Positions 21,028 through 32,416 of a stretch of 64,000 nt of DNA are shown here, piece by piece. The notes beneath the pieces were generated by a model that ran no database searches, was not told the origin of the DNA, and saw nothing but the letters and a program-made list of their open reading frames with translations. Numbering within the stretch: the first letter of the stretch is position 1; every line of letters begins with the position of its first letter. A program made the translations under genes and the position numbers. The stretch lies in contig JAWARQ010000005.1 of NCBI GenBank assembly GCA_038893355.1, positions 1-64,000 of the forward strand. Reading direction: 5' to 3'. The stretch comes from Sulfolobaceae archaeon (GTDB lineage Archaea > Thermoproteota > Thermoprotei_A > Sulfolobales > Sulfolobaceae).

Positions 21028-21549
21028 TTGAAGTTTTCTAAGAATATGGTATTAATAAATTCAGGTGATAAGATCTGTCATCCATTAGAGGTCAGAGAGA
21101 TAAGAGTAGGTAATATAATAGTAATAGAACCAATTCAAGTTGTAATTAATAATAAATTCATGGTATTCCCCCCATTATCTTTAATTTCTGAATCCTGCGT
21201 TAATGAGATCAGATATCCAGTTTGGGTTAATGGATATAGAGTGAAAGGCGATGAGGAAGTAAGGATAATAGAAGGTAATGAAGAAATCTATGGAGAGCTA
21301 TATTTGCATGAGCCATCACTTCTTACTGGCTATTCGTTAATTAAATTATTAGGAGAAAAATTAAAATTAAGATTAAATAAAGAGTATAATAAAGGTTTAA
21401 AGATTCTTTCAATTTCCAATTATCCGTTAGTGCTAATCGAGAATTCTGGTAAAAGAGTTACAGTAACAAGCCAAGACTATGAGATATTATTTAAACTGTT
21501 TGCATACTCTATCTTTTATTACACTAGATCTTCATCAGATGAAGTATAG
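21028..21549 (+). CDS. Hypothetical protein
   Basis: 173-aa ORF filling the gap between convergent genes. Confidence 0.7.
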   Translation: MKFSKNMVLINSGDKICHPLEVREIRVGNIIVIEPIQVVINNKFMVFPPLSLISESCVNEIRYPVWVNGYRVKGDEEVRIIEGNEEIYGELYLHEPSLLTGYSLIKLLGEKLKLRLNKEYNKGLKILSISNYPLVLIENSGKRVTVTSQDYEILFKLFAYSIFYYTRSSSDEV

Positions 21550-23168
21550 AGTAAAGAGAGGCTCTCTTCTTTCCTTCTCCTAGCTTGATATTCTTCAGAA
21601 GTACCCCTTACTATAATCTCGTATAGTATGGCCTTTTTATTACTAGAAGAAGGCCTCAATAACCTTCCAAGTCTCTGGATAAATTGTCTTCTTGATCCAG
21701 TACCAGTAACTATAATTCCGACACTTGCATCTGGAATATCTAGGCCTTCGTCCCCAACAGTTGTAAGAACTAGTGCTCCTGCTTTTTGATTTTTAAATAT
21801 TTCCAATATTTTCTTTCTCTCCCTTTCACTATGCTTTCCTGTTAGTAATAAACAATTAAATCTCCTACTTATCTCTTCAGCTTGTTCCAGATATTGTGTA
21901 AATATTAATATTTTCTTTCCAGACTCATTACGTAGTATTTCACTGATTGCCTCTAATTTACTTTTTGAAGTATTTACTAGTTTTTTAATTTCATTATACA
22001 GCTTTAATGCCTCTACTGCTTCGTTATCGCCTTTTTTTGCTAATTCTAATAATTCTGAAACTTTTTTATTTTTAGAAAGTTTTCTGAAACTTTTTAAAAG
22101 CTCCAAATACTTCTTTTTTTCTTCTAATGTAAGCTCAACTACCACTTGCTTAATCTCATATCTAGCTAAGTATCCTTCATTAATCAACTCTTCAGCAGAT
22201 TTATAATATATTAGTCCACCCATGTATTCAAAAAGCTCTTCATGCCTATTATCTTCCCTATATGGAGTAGCGGAAAGTCCTAATCTTTTAGTAGCTATTG
22301 AACCTAACGCTATCTTCTTAAAGCTATCTGCAGGCAAATGATGAACCTCGTCAATTATTAGCAAATCAAACTTATCTCCTAATTCTGCAATATGTTTATA
22401 TGCAGTCTGGTATGTAGTTATTGTAATTGGCCTTATCTTCTTTTCTTCAGAATAGTAAAGACCTATTTCTGGTCTTTCATTAGAGAATTTAATTATCGAA
22501 TCTCTCCATTGGTGCATTTGCTCTTTAGTATAAGCAACTATAAGAGTAGGCAACCTTACAACCTCTATAGCCTTAATCCCTACAATGGTCTTTCCTGCAC
22601 CGGTCGGTAATGCAATTACACCATTATAACCCTTTTCTATCCAGACTTTTACAGCTTCCTCTTGATATGGCCTTAAGCTTCCTGAAAACTTAAATTCGAA
22701 TTCATTAAAGAGATTTATGGGTTTTACTATGAGTCCTCTGCTCTCAAATAGTCTCTTTATCTCATAATACTTGTAAGGAAGAACTTTGAATGCTTTATCT
22801 TTTCTACTATAGCTTACAACTTTGCCTAATTTAGTGCCCTTATCCTTAAGTTCTGGAAAAAGCGTATAAATACTTAGCCTTGACTTAAATTTTAATACCT
22901 TTTCCTCCTTATCGTAAAAGAATTCTATATCATAGCTGGGTAAAAGTTCTTCTAACTTTTCCACTTCATCTGCATTAAACTTAACGCCTAATTGTTCAAG
23001 CATTTCTATAATTTCCTTAGCCCTTATTTTATTTCTCTTCGCTTTCTCTATATCTATAATGAAATTAGATCCAGAAGAATCTCGACCTAAATATTTACAA
23101 AATAGAGAGAGCCTTTTAAATTCTTCATCACTTAGCCATTGCTTCACTGAGAAAATCTTCGAGTACAC
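21519..23168 (-). CDS. xpb: XPB/Rad25-like SF2 helicase (XPB1)
   Basis: LRPYQ, LPTGAGKT, DEVHH, SATPYRED, EGLDIP and IQRLGRLLRP motifs. Confidence 0.9.
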   Translation of the reverse strand: MYSKIFSVKQWLSDEEFKRLSLFCKYLGRDSSGSNFIIDIEKAKRNKIRAKEIIEMLEQLGVKFNADEVEKLEELLPSYDIEFFYDKEEKVLKFKSRLSIYTLFPELKDKGTKLGKVVSYSRKDKAFKVLPYKYYEIKRLFESRGLIVKPINLFNEFEFKFSGSLRPYQEEAVKVWIEKGYNGVIALPTGAGKTIVGIKAIEVVRLPTLIVAYTKEQMHQWRDSIIKFSNERPEIGLYYSEEKKIRPITITTYQTAYKHIAELGDKFDLLIIDEVHHLPADSFKKIALGSIATKRLGLSATPYREDNRHEELFEYMGGLIYYKSAEELINEGYLARYEIKQVVVELTLEEKKKYLELLKSFRKLSKNKKVSELLELAKKGDNEAVEALKLYNEIKKLVNTSKSKLEAISEILRNESGKKILIFTQYLEQAEEISRRFNCLLLTGKHSERERKKILEIFKNQKAGALVLTTVGDEGLDIPDASVGIIVTGTGSRRQFIQRLGRLLRPSSSNKKAILYEIIVRGTSEEYQARRRKEESLSLLYTSSDEDLV

Positions 23169-23490
23169 CTTTAATCACTTCTACACTTTCTACTACTATA
23201 CTATCTAACCCATTTAGAAAATCTAAATCTATTTTGTAGATCTTATAAGTATTACCGCCAAAGTCAAAAATACCTATCATTTCTTTCTGAATTTCATTTT
23301 TAGTAAAGTAATATATCCCATATACTTCTTCGGAAAACGGATTCAAATGAAGAATTATACCATCTTGATTTGAGAGTGTTATTCCTATAAATTGTTTGCC
23401 TAAAGCTTCTGCTTCAGTAATACCATAAATTAAGGCTTCTTTAAATCCTTTTATTCGGAGATTAATTAAATCCCTTACATTCACAATCAA
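23128..23490 (-). CDS. Hypothetical protein co-oriented with xpb
   Basis: 120-aa ORF overlapping the xpb start. Confidence 0.65.
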   Translation of the reverse strand: MIVNVRDLINLRIKGFKEALIYGITEAEALGKQFIGITLSNQDGIILHLNPFSEEVYGIYYFTKNEIQKEMIGIFDFGGNTYKIYKIDLDFLNGLDSIVVESVEVIKGVLEDFLSEAMAK

Positions 23491-23519
23491 ATTAATATTA
23501 GTAGTAATTTAATAAATTA

Positions 23520-23843
23520 GTGATGCAGAAAGCGATGCTTATTATTACCACTACCTCTAGCTTAGAAAATGCAGAAAAAATAGCTAAAGTACTAGTTGAG
23601 GAAAAAATAGCTGCATGTGTTAATATTGTTCCTAAAGTAATTTCGTATTATATATGGGAGAATAAGCTAAATAAAGATGAAGAGTTCTTATTGATAGTTA
23701 AGACTACAGAAGAGAGGGCAGAAGACGCTAGAAGAAAGATAAAGGAACTACATAATTATCAATTGCCAGAAGTTATATTTTTGAGAGTTGATGGAGGTGA
23801 AAGTGAATATTTAAAATGGATATTTGAGAGTGTTAAGAGATGA
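23520..23843 (+). CDS. cutA: Divalent-cation tolerance protein CutA
   Basis: LVEEKIAACVNI, SYYIWE and HNYQLPEVI motifs. Confidence 0.93.
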   Translation: MMQKAMLIITTTSSLENAEKIAKVLVEEKIAACVNIVPKVISYYIWENKLNKDEEFLLIVKTTEERAEDARRKIKELHNYQLPEVIFLRVDGGESEYLKWIFESVKR

Positions 23844-24136
23844 AAGTAGAGGTTACAAAAGAATTAGTTAAGAAACTTGAGGAGTTAGCATTAGTTGAGC
23901 TATCCGAGGAGGAGGAGGAAAGGATAAAAGATGACTTACAGAAAATACTACAATTCTTCAATAAGATTGATGAACTGGATTTAAGTAATATAGAACCTTT
24001 ATTTCACCCCATAGGCTCTTCTAAACTTAGACCAGATGAACCAATAATGGGACTATCTAAGGACGAGGCTTTATTAAATGTAAAGAGAAAACAAGAAGAA
24101 GGATACATAATAGGACCAAGAACATATGGTGAATAA
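23840..24136 (+). CDS. gatC: Asp-tRNA(Asn) amidotransferase subunit C
   Basis: [13 protein letters not shown]..., LRPDEP; directly upstream of gatA. Confidence 0.92.
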   Translation: MKVEVTKELVKKLEELALVELSEEEEERIKDDLQKILQFFNKIDELDLSNIEPLFHPIGSSKLRPDEPIMGLSKDEALLNVKRKQEEGYIIGPRTYGE

Positions 24137-24138
24137 TT

Positions 24139-25554
24139 ATGATAACCGAGACTTTAGTAGAGTTAAGAAACGGTAATTTATCACCAGATGAATACGTTTA
24201 CTCCACTTTTGAAAAAATAAAGAGAATAGAACCTAAAATTAACTCATTAATAACAGTAGTAGAACCTGAAAGATTAATATCTCAAATCAGAGAAAGATTA
24301 CAGAAAAAGGGTAGACTTTCTGGTATTTTAATAGCAATAAAAGATAATATTTCGACTAAGGGTATAAGAACTACTTGCGCCTCCAAGATGCTAGAAGATT
24401 ATATCCCGCCGTATAATGCTACAGTTATAGAAAGATTAATTGAAGAGGGTGCAGTGATTCTAGGTAAGACGAACATGGACGAATTTGCTATGGGTTCAAC
24501 TACAGAAACGAGTTACTTTGGACCTACTAGAAATCCGTGGGACTTGGAAAGAACTCCAGGAGGATCATCAGGAGGAAGCGGTGCTATAATATCTGCAGGT
24601 ATAGTTGATATAGCACTAGGAAGTGATACCGGCGGTTCTATAAGGGCACCTGCTGCATTTACAGCAACCTTTGGATTAAAACCGTCCTACGGTACAGTAA
24701 GTAGATATGGTCTAATAGCTTATGCAAATAGTTTAGAACAAATAGGTCCTATGGCTTCATCTGCAGAAGATCTAGGGCTTTTATTTTCAGTTATTGCTGG
24801 TGAGGACCCAAGAGATGCAACTACAATAAATTACAAGCCCAAGGGAGAAATTACTGAAGTGTCACCTAAAGGTAAGAAATTTGGAATAATTACCGAAATT
24901 CTCGAAGCATCTGATAAGCCAGTAAAATCTCAGTTTAATCATTCTATTAATAAAATCTCAAGTGAAGGTGGTGAAATTAAAGAAGTCTCTCTAAAGTACG
25001 CAGAATACGCATTACCTGCATATTACATTATTGCAATGTCTGAGGCTAGTTCAAATCTGGCTAGATTTGATGGTGTAAGATACGGATATAGTAAATATTT
25101 TGACGGATTATGGAGAGAGACATTTGCAAAGAATAGAGGAGAAGGGTTTGGTATAGAAGTAAAGCGCAGAATTTTACTTGGAGCCTTTGCCTTAAGTGCA
25201 GGTTATTACGATCAGTTTTATCTTAAGGCATTGAAAGTTCGTAGATTAATTAAAGATGGTATAGATAATTTGTTTAAAAGTGTTGATATACTTCTATCAC
25301 CAACAATGCCTATCTTACCACCTAAACTTAAAGAAGTTATAAGTGATCCGATAAAAATGTACAGTATGGATTTAAATACAGTTATAGCTAACCTAGCGGG
25401 AATTCCTGCACTCTCTATGCCAATAGGCTTTTACAATAATTTACCAATAGGCTTACAAATTATGGGGCCTTATCTTTCAGATGAATTACTCATAGGACTT
25501 AGTATGTATTTAGAAAAGGTGTTCAAGTTATACAATCTTAAGGCACCAATATAG
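24139..25554 (+). CDS. gatA: Asp-tRNA(Asn) amidotransferase subunit A
   Basis: Amidase signature [16 protein letters not shown] and [14 protein letters not shown]. Confidence 0.96.
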   Translation: MITETLVELRNGNLSPDEYVYSTFEKIKRIEPKINSLITVVEPERLISQIRERLQKKGRLSGILIAIKDNISTKGIRTTCASKMLEDYIPPYNATVIERLIEEGAVILGKTNMDEFAMGSTTETSYFGPTRNPWDLERTPGGSSGGSGAIISAGIVDIALGSDTGGSIRAPAAFTATFGLKPSYGTVSRYGLIAYANSLEQIGPMASSAEDLGLLFSVIAGEDPRDATTINYKPKGEITEVSPKGKKFGIITEILEASDKPVKSQFNHSINKISSEGGEIKEVSLKYAEYALPAYYIIAMSEASSNLARFDGVRYGYSKYFDGLWRETFAKNRGEGFGIEVKRRILLGAFALSAGYYDQFYLKALKVRRLIKDGIDNLFKSVDILLSPTMPILPPKLKEVISDPIKMYSMDLNTVIANLAGIPALSMPIGFYNNLPIGLQIMGPYLSDELLIGLSMYLEKVFKLYNLKAPI

Positions 25555-25585
25555 ATTTTTATTTTGGAATTCACAATATCGATAG

Positions 25586-26662
25586 ATGAGTAGTAGCGTT
25601 AGAATAGATACGTTTAGTATAATAATGAGGGAGTTAGAAAAGCAAAAGTATCATATAATTGGAAGTCATAGTGTATATAAAAAATGTCATTGGACTCATG
25701 CTGCATTAGTTGCTAATAAGTATTGTTATAAAGGTAAATTTTATGGAATTGAAAGCCATAGATGTGTTCAGATGTCACCTACTGCTGCGTGGTGTTGGTT
25801 TAGATGTATTCATTGCTGGAGGCTAGAGCCAGAAGATATAGGAGTAGAGTGGGATGAGACTAGAATGCCCATTATTGAAGATCCGGAATATATTGTAGAA
25901 AGAAGTATAGAGGAACATAGAAGATCAGTATCAGGATATTTAGGAAGAATTGGGGTAGATAAGAATAAGGCTAAAGAGGCGTTTGAACCAAAACACGTTG
26001 CCATTAGTTTAACTGGTGAACCAACACTTTATGAGAAATTAGGAGAGCTAATTAGGGAATATCATAAAAGAGGTCTAACAACATTTTTAGTGACGAGCGG
26101 TGTTAGGCCCGATGTATTAGCATCATTAGAGGAAGAACCAACACAGCTATTCGTCTCACTTCAAGCACCTAATGAGCATAAACACAAAATTATTAATAGA
26201 CCAATAGTTGCAAATTCTTGGAACCTAGTACTTAAGACTCTAGAGATACTGCCAAGTTTTAGCTCACCTACTGTAATAAGGATGACGATGATAAAGGGAT
26301 TTAATATGAGTAGGGAAGATGCAGAAGGTTTTAAGAAGCTTATAGAACTTTCAATGCCTACTTATATTGAAGTTAAAGCCTATATGCACGTTGGTCCTTC
26401 TATATATAGGCTAACTAAAGATGCTATGCCAAGGCATAATGAAATTAGGGAATTTGCAAAAATACTATCAGAATTAACAGGATATAAAATAATATCAGAA
26501 CATGTACCGAGTAGAATAGTCTTACTTAGTAAATTAGATAGGCCAATTCAGATTGGGAATGCATGGACTAGTGAATGGAATTGGATGACTCCAGATTTAG
26601 AAAACGATATGCAAGGAGAATACAAAGAAGCCGAAATGGGTTGCACAGAGGGATCTACTTGA
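25586..26662 (+). CDS. taw1: 4-demethylwyosine synthase Taw1/TYW1 (radical SAM)
   Basis: [29 protein letters not shown] and [11 protein letters not shown] motifs. Confidence 0.95.
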   Translation: MSSSVRIDTFSIIMRELEKQKYHIIGSHSVYKKCHWTHAALVANKYCYKGKFYGIESHRCVQMSPTAAWCWFRCIHCWRLEPEDIGVEWDETRMPIIEDPEYIVERSIEEHRRSVSGYLGRIGVDKNKAKEAFEPKHVAISLTGEPTLYEKLGELIREYHKRGLTTFLVTSGVRPDVLASLEEEPTQLFVSLQAPNEHKHKIINRPIVANSWNLVLKTLEILPSFSSPTVIRMTMIKGFNMSREDAEGFKKLIELSMPTYIEVKAYMHVGPSIYRLTKDAMPRHNEIREFAKILSELTGYKIISEHVPSRIVLLSKLDRPIQIGNAWTSEWNWMTPDLENDMQGEYKEAEMGCTEGST

Positions 26663-26674
26663 AAAGAATTTACT

Positions 26675-27325
26675 ATTGATGATATATGTCTATTAGCTAA
26701 AATTATAATTTTATCAAAAAATAATCTAGTTACTCAGAGTAGTATAGCTAAAAATGTAGGACTAACACAGCAAACGATTTCACGAAAGTTAAAGGAAATG
26801 GAAGAAAGAAAGTTAATAATGAGGGAGATTTTCAGAGAGGGTGAAATAATAAGGTTAACAGAGGAGGGAGAAAAACTATTGGAATCTTGTATTAGAGACT
26901 TGATTGAGGCAATTACAATATCTAGAATACTAACAATAAAAGGTAAGGTTGTATCTGGACTCGGAGAGGGTAGGATATTTCTAAGCATACCTTACTACAT
27001 AGAAAGCTTCAAAAGAATACTAGGATTTGAGCCGTATCCTGGAACCTTAAATGTATTAATATATGATAAATTATCGTTACAGAATAGAATTTTACTTGAT
27101 GTTTCAAGGTATTTATTCATACCAGAGTATAGGGATAAGGATAGAGTATTAGGTGCGGTAAAGGTTTATCCTGCAAGTATTAATGGTGTCACTCCAGCAG
27201 CAGTGGTAATACCTCTAAGGACTACTCACCCTAAGAGTATAATTGAGGTTATATCCCCTTATAAATTGAGGGAAAAACTTAACTTAGAGGATGGAAGTGA
27301 AGTTATGATTGAGGTATATCTGTAG
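26675..27325 (+). CDS. ribK: HTH-CTP-dependent riboflavin kinase (RbkR type); start uncertain
   Basis: [17 protein letters not shown] and EVISPYKLR motifs. The wHTH ([23 protein letters not shown]) continues in frame upstream of ATG 26798 back to the taw1 stop. Confidence 0.88.
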   Translation: MDDICLLAKIIILSKNNLVTQSSIAKNVGLTQQTISRKLKEMEERKLIMREIFREGEIIRLTEEGEKLLESCIRDLIEAITISRILTIKGKVVSGLGEGRIFLSIPYYIESFKRILGFEPYPGTLNVLIYDKLSLQNRILLDVSRYLFIPEYRDKDRVLGAVKVYPASINGVTPAAVVIPLRTTHPKSIIEVISPYKLREKLNLEDGSEVMIEVYL

Positions 27326-28001
27326 ACTTACAATATCTTCTTATAATCTCGTTTATTATTGAAGTCGTGCTAGAGTGCTCCCATTTTTCCACTCTTTTCT
27401 CCATTCGAATTATTTTTGGCTTTAAGCCTCTCTTTTCCAACTCTTCAGCTAACTTTTTTTCATCAACTTGCTGATCAGGGCCTAAAAATATTATATCTGG
27501 CTTTACTCTTTCTACGCTTTTCAGAATATCATTTGGATCACCTAAAATTGCCTGATAAACATACCTTATACTCTTTACAATTTCTAACCTTTGTTCTTCA
27601 TTATTTATTGGTTCTCTCCCCTTCATTTTCTTTACATTAATATCACGTGCAACTACTGCATAAACCCTACCCAATTTTGAAGCTTCTTTTAAGAACTCTA
27701 TATGACCTGGATGAAGTATGTCAAAGGTACCTGCAACAAATACTTTTGGATAAATACTTGACTCAAGATCTATATCATGAATCATCATTAATGCATCAAT
27801 TAGTCCTTCCGCATAAACTATTGCAATTAATGCATTTTCGACCTCACCTCTCTCTAGAAAATATTTAGCATCATCAACATATAGTCTTGCCATGTCATAT
27901 ACTTTTTTCGATTTCTCATCATCAATCTTTAATTTAGCTAGAGAATTTTCTGTATTTCTTATATATTTTTCTATTCTCTTTCTTAGATCCTCTTGAGACA
28001 T
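27303..28001 (-). CDS. ribL: DUF357-cytidylyltransferase fusion (FAD synthase RibL-like)
   Basis: N-terminal [19 protein letters not shown] (DUF357); [11 protein letters not shown] and LGPDQ motifs. Confidence 0.8.
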   Translation of the reverse strand: MSQEDLRKRIEKYIRNTENSLAKLKIDDEKSKKVYDMARLYVDDAKYFLERGEVENALIAIVYAEGLIDALMMIHDIDLESSIYPKVFVAGTFDILHPGHIEFLKEASKLGRVYAVVARDINVKKMKGREPINNEEQRLEIVKSIRYVYQAILGDPNDILKSVERVKPDIIFLGPDQQVDEKKLAEELEKRGLKPKIIRMEKRVEKWEHSSTTSIINEIIRRYCKSTDIPQS

Positions 28002-28756
28002 TTAAGAGCCTCGACCTCCATATAATGTAAATTCTGCGCAGGAATTATAATTATGTATGGAACTTTATTTAACTCTACCTCTAATACTTTCTCGACAGTT
28101 GAGACGTAAACTTCTTCATCCTCACAACCTAACCTTTCTCCTATTATCATCACAGTATCCTTAGATATTACTCCATAATTATATCTCCTTTCTAGCTCTA
28201 GTAGAACTCTTATAGCCTCACTAGGCCTCATTGCTCGCGATTCCTTTAAATCAAGAAATAAAATTGTATGAAGGTTTCTCTCTCTATTTTCTTTAATAGC
28301 TAGATAAGCCCCGGGATCAATGTAGCCTTCATGAGGAAAAGTGATAGTAGCGCTTCTACCAAATTTATATGAGGAGAGCATAGATTTTGATATTATATAA
28401 CAAAATACCGAAATCCCTGGAATTATATTTACAGGAAATCCTAAGTTTTTGATGGTAGTTATTAAACTTACATGAGTAGTAGCAATTAATGGGTCTCCAA
28501 TTGTAGCTATACTTATCCTCTTACCTTCTCTTAATTTATTAATTATCTCTTCAATTTTACTCTCTAACATCTCCCTTGATGCTGGAATAACTGGCTTTCC
28601 AGATATTTTCTCTATCTCGTCTCTATTGATATCACATGAAATTGAAGTATACGTATCAAAATAAATAATATCTGACTCCCTTAAGGTCTTCAGAGCAGTC
28701 TGAGTTATGAACTTCATAGAAAGTCCTAGTCCTACAAGGCTAAGTTGACCACTCAT
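27983..28756 (-). CDS. dph5: Diphthine synthase
   Basis: [28 protein letters not shown] and LHTILFLD motifs. Confidence 0.95.
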   Translation of the reverse strand: MSGQLSLVGLGLSMKFITQTALKTLRESDIIYFDTYTSISCDINRDEIEKISGKPVIPASREMLESKIEEIINKLREGKRISIATIGDPLIATTHVSLITTIKNLGFPVNIIPGISVFCYIISKSMLSSYKFGRSATITFPHEGYIDPGAYLAIKENRERNLHTILFLDLKESRAMRPSEAIRVLLELERRYNYGVISKDTVMIIGERLGCEDEEVYVSTVEKVLEVELNKVPYIIIIPAQNLHYMEVEALKCLKRI

Positions 28757-28800
28757 TTAATTTAAGTATTACCTAGGCATATATATTACTGAGCCAGCTA

Positions 28801-29550
28801 ATGATTGAGTTAGTAAATGGCTTTTATATAGAAGGGGATATGCCAGTAGTTTATAATAAAGTACTAAATTCTATAATACTATCTGATGCCCACATTGGAT
28901 TTGAAGAAGAAATGACTAGAAAAGGAATATTTTTGCCTAGAATCCAGAAGAAGAAGTTTTTAGACGTTGTAGAAAAAGCAATTGATGTTTTTAAGACTAA
29001 CAAAATTATAATAAACGGTGACTTAAAACATCGCCTTGATGGTATTGGAAAACAAGAGAAGAAGGATTTAGAAGATGTATTCATGATATTGAGAGATAAA
29101 GGGGTCGAGATAAAATTAGTTAAGGGCAATCATGATAATTACATTTCGATTGTAACTTCTAAATTTGATAATGTAGAGCTTGTAGAATATATTGAGTATG
29201 AGAATATAGTAATAACGCACGGACATAAGGAAATTACTCCAGAGCAAGGTAAATTATACGTTATAGGTCATGAACATCCCAGAATTTCACTAAAGGATAG
29301 GTTAGGTTTTGCAAGAAGATTTCCCTGCTTTTTTATAACTCCTTTAAAGAATAATTCTCTTCTTTTAGTCTTACCTGCAGTCGGTGGATATCAAGCAGGA
29401 AGTGATATAACGCTTTCTCATTCTGCCTATATGTCTAATTTAATGAGGGAGCATAGTATATTAGAAGAGGCTAAACCGTACATAATAATTGAGGGCGAAG
29501 GTATAATGGAGTTACCTAAATTAAAGTTTCTTAAAGACCTTATAACGTAA
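28801..29550 (+). CDS. Calcineurin-like metallophosphoesterase
   Basis: SDAHIG, NGDLKH, GNHD, HGH and GHEHP motifs. Confidence 0.9.
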   Translation: MIELVNGFYIEGDMPVVYNKVLNSIILSDAHIGFEEEMTRKGIFLPRIQKKKFLDVVEKAIDVFKTNKIIINGDLKHRLDGIGKQEKKDLEDVFMILRDKGVEIKLVKGNHDNYISIVTSKFDNVELVEYIEYENIVITHGHKEITPEQGKLYVIGHEHPRISLKDRLGFARRFPCFFITPLKNNSLLLVLPAVGGYQAGSDITLSHSAYMSNLMREHSILEEAKPYIIIEGEGIMELPKLKFLKDLIT

Positions 29551-29601
29551 TGGAGTAGCTTATAAAGGGGATTAAAAGCTTTTATATTTAGGTGAGACGA
29601 A

Positions 29602-30198
29602 ATTTCTAAAGCAGAAATAAAGTATAATCCTAATATTACGATAGAGAATATTGTAGCGACTGTTACTTTAGATCAGAATTTAGATCTTTATGCCATGGAA
29701 AGAAGCGTACCGAATGTTGAATATGATCCTGACCAATTCCCTGGTCTTATCTTCAGATTAGAATCCCCCAAAGTAACTTCACTTATATTCAAATCTGGGA
29801 AAATGGTAGTTACTGGAGCAAAGAGTACAGAGGAGTTAATAAAGGCTGTTAAGAGAATTATAAAGACCCTTAAGAAACATGGTATAGATATTATTGGAAA
29901 GCCTAAAATACAAATCCAGAATATCGTAGCATCTGCAAATTTACACGTAAATGTTAACTTAGATAAGGCGGCATTCGTTTTAGAAAATAATATGTATGAA
30001 CCAGAGCAATTTCCTGGTTTAATTTATAGAATGGATGATCCTAAAGTAGTCTTATTAATATTTTCAAGTGGAAAGATGGTGATAACTGGGGCAAAGAGGG
30101 AGGAAGAAGTTTATACTGCAGTTAAGAAAATATTCGATAAATTATTAGAAATTGATTGTATAAGGGCAATAGAAGAGGAAGAAATATTTGAGTTTTAA
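29602..30198 (+). CDS. tbp: TATA-box-binding protein (probable ATT start at 29602)
   Basis: Two TBP repeats ([24 protein letters not shown]). The first repeat's [10 protein letters not shown] lies in frame upstream of ATG 29695; 198 aa from the ATT. Confidence 0.96.
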   Translation: MSKAEIKYNPNITIENIVATVTLDQNLDLYAMERSVPNVEYDPDQFPGLIFRLESPKVTSLIFKSGKMVVTGAKSTEELIKAVKRIIKTLKKHGIDIIGKPKIQIQNIVASANLHVNVNLDKAAFVLENNMYEPEQFPGLIYRMDDPKVVLLIFSSGKMVITGAKREEEVYTAVKKIFDKLLEIDCIRAIEEEEIFEF

Positions 30199-30234
30199 TT
30201 TAAACGATTTTTATGATAATTTAATTTAAACGAT
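30194..30234. repeat. 15-bp direct repeat TTTAATTTAAACGAT x2 at the tbp 3' end
   Basis: Copies at 30194-30208 and 30220-30234. Confidence 0.7.
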
Positions 30235-30300
30235 AAAAAAGAGAAAAACAATCACATTAGCTTTATTTAATCCCCAGTATAATTGGTATTCTGAACTATA

Positions 30301-30513
30301 ATGGGTCTAAAACATGGAAAGTATGCCTATGTGAAAGTGAAAGATAATTTATTTGTTAAGGTAAGAGTACTTAAATCGAGAGATGAAAATTCCCCAGATA
30401 GATATATAATATTGAATGTATTTCATAAAAAAATACCTAGTAGAAGAGCTGAGGTAATTGAATTGGAAAAATTACCAATAGAGATTAAAGATAAATTACT
30501 TAAGTTACTTTAA
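30301..30513 (+). CDS. Small conserved crenarchaeal protein (DUF5622-like)
   Basis: MGLKHGKYAYV...VKVRVLK...LEKLP pattern. Confidence 0.7.
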   Translation: MGLKHGKYAYVKVKDNLFVKVRVLKSRDENSPDRYIILNVFHKKIPSRRAEVIELEKLPIEIKDKLLKLL

Positions 30514-31563
30514 CTTATATTTTTCAATTAGGCTTATTAAAATATACACTGAAATTAAAATTATTGCAGATGCTATGAGACTAATGAATGGTTGAATGGT
30601 AATTACGTTCTGTTTTAAGGAATCTAGAAAGCTTACTATAACAAAATAGATAAGGATTACTGCTATGCTGTTTAATACATCATGCCAAATCTTTATATTA
30701 CGTTCAATGGCACGGATTATCGCCTTTCCTACAAATAATACTATTATAGAAAATACACCATAAGGTAAAAATGTAAGCATAAGATCAGCGAATAAATTTA
30801 ACGAGAGTATTCTTACTTGTTGATAAGACAAATAAACATTTATTAAACCTACAATCACGGAGGCTAATGAGAGAATTGCACTAACAACCATGATAGATGA
30901 GTTTTCCCACCAGCTTTCTATCATTTCATCAATTCTTAACCCTCTTATTATCATTACTACACCTATTACAAAGAGAATTGAAGGTACAGCATAATTACTT
31001 AAATTAAGTAAACTTAAAATTGCAGATAGAGCAAGAATGAGACCAGGAACTCCTAAGAATATTCTAGAGTATCTAGGGTCTGATAATGCCTTCCTAATAT
31101 ACTTACCTAATAACGCATACGTCTCCTCAACCGACCTGTACTGCTCAACTAAAACTCTCTCTATTGCAATAACCTTTACTCTAGATTGAATTATTGGAAG
31201 AGTTTTAGCATCCTCAGGGCTATCATATACTACCACAACACCCTCTTCTGGATGAACAATATTAAGAACATAATCTAACCTCTCTGAGAACTTTAACTGT
31301 GATTCAATTCCACCCTTCTGATCTCCACTTATCAATGCTATTTCTACACTATCTCCAGAATTCTTTAATTGCTTGTAAATATTATACGATACGACTAGCG
31401 TATTAAAATCTGAGTCAGTAGGTATCTTCTCTGAAGCTATAGAGATAGCTTTCTCTACCTCTTTTTCTCCTATTATTGGTGTTTTCAAACCTATTTTACC
31501 TAAATCATCATCGATATCAACATATATTACTAGCTTCTTAACTCCCATCTTCCTTATTTTCAT
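30505..31563 (-). CDS. DUF373 family membrane protein
   Basis: VIYVDIDDDLG, PTDSDFN and VEQYRSVEETY motifs followed by about 6 TM helices. Confidence 0.88.
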   Translation of the reverse strand: MKIRKMGVKKLVIYVDIDDDLGKIGLKTPIIGEKEVEKAISIASEKIPTDSDFNTLVVSYNIYKQLKNSGDSVEIALISGDQKGGIESQLKFSERLDYVLNIVHPEEGVVVVYDSPEDAKTLPIIQSRVKVIAIERVLVEQYRSVEETYALLGKYIRKALSDPRYSRIFLGVPGLILALSAILSLLNLSNYAVPSILFVIGVVMIIRGLRIDEMIESWWENSSIMVVSAILSLASVIVGLINVYLSYQQVRILSLNLFADLMLTFLPYGVFSIIVLFVGKAIIRAIERNIKIWHDVLNSIAVILIYFVIVSFLDSLKQNVITIQPFISLIASAIILISVYILISLIEKYKLK

Positions 31564-32416
31564 TATCGTTATATAATATTAAAAGTTCTTCAAAGGTTAG
31601 TCTTTTCTCCTTCTTCAACTTTTCCTCTATTTCTTTCTTCTTTCTCTCTATTATACTTCTTTCATTAGCCTTGGCTTTTTCCTCTTTAATTCTCTTGAGA
31701 GATTCTGTAGATTCTTTAAGTTGTACAGATAACATACTTATTTTTTCCTTTAACTCCCCAATTTCCTTGCCCAAACTGTTTATTTTTTCCTTTAACTCCC
31801 CAATTTCTCTATACAACTTCTCTCTTTCTTGTCTTAAACTTTCTATAATCTTTTTCTTATTTGACAATTCACTTACCGTATTAACTATAGTCTGCCTTAT
31901 GCTATCTAACTCAACTCTTTTCGCTAACAATTCCGCTTTATCTTCTGTAGCTCTTTCCTTAAACTTTAGAACCTTTTTAGCTACGCTTAGCTTTTTTTCA
32001 AGTTCTGCTATCTTCTGAATTATTCTCTTTTCCTCTTCTGGAGATAAGGAATATGTCTGCAATTTCCATTCAAGCTCATTAATTCTCTTCTCTAATTTGG
32101 CCGGATTTAGATCGGAAAGATTCTTAGCTAATTTCTTTATCTCATTAAATTCTTTTCTAATCTCTTGAATAATCTCTATTAACTGCTGCCTCTTCTTCTT
32201 AAGTTCCCTTAATTCTTCTACCTTCTTTTTATAAACCTCTATGTTTTCCTTTATTTTTTTCCTAATCTCCCTTAACTTCTCTAGCTTTTCATTTTTTTCT
32301 CGGATTAAATTCCTTCTTTCTTCAACTAACTGTAATTTTTTTTCTTTTAACTTTATAATTTCTTCCCTAAGTTCTGAAATTCTCTTATAAAGGTCTTCTT
32401 CGGAGATTTGTGACAT
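31538..32416 (-). CDS. Archaeal coiled-coil protein (COG1340-like)
   Basis: E/K-rich heptads; LEWKLQTYSLSPEEEKRIIQKI and C-terminal KRLTFEEL. Confidence 0.8.
   Translation of the reverse strand: MSQISEEDLYKRISELREEIIKLKEKKLQLVEERRNLIREKNEKLEKLREIRKKIKENIEVYKKKVEELRELKKKRQQLIEIIQEIRKEFNEIKKLAKNLSDLNPAKLEKRINELEWKLQTYSLSPEEEKRIIQKIAELEKKLSVAKKVLKFKERATEDKAELLAKRVELDSIRQTIVNTVSELSNKKKIIESLRQEREKLYREIGELKEKINSLGKEIGELKEKISMLSVQLKESTESLKRIKEEKAKANERSIIERKKKEIEEKLKKEKRLTFEELLILYNDNENKEDGS

Noticed and set aside
23840-25554. gatC-gatA without gatB
   Set aside because: gatB is commonly encoded elsewhere in archaea; its absence from this window is uninformative.
26660-26662. Selenocysteine recoding of the taw1 UGA
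   Set aside because: Sulfolobales are not known to have Sec machinery, no SECIS-like hairpin was seen, and Taw1 is complete at this stop.
31538-32416. Long coiled-coil protein as an SMC or ESCRT-like component
   Set aside because: No ATPase or Snf7 motifs; it fits the widespread archaeal COG1340-type family.
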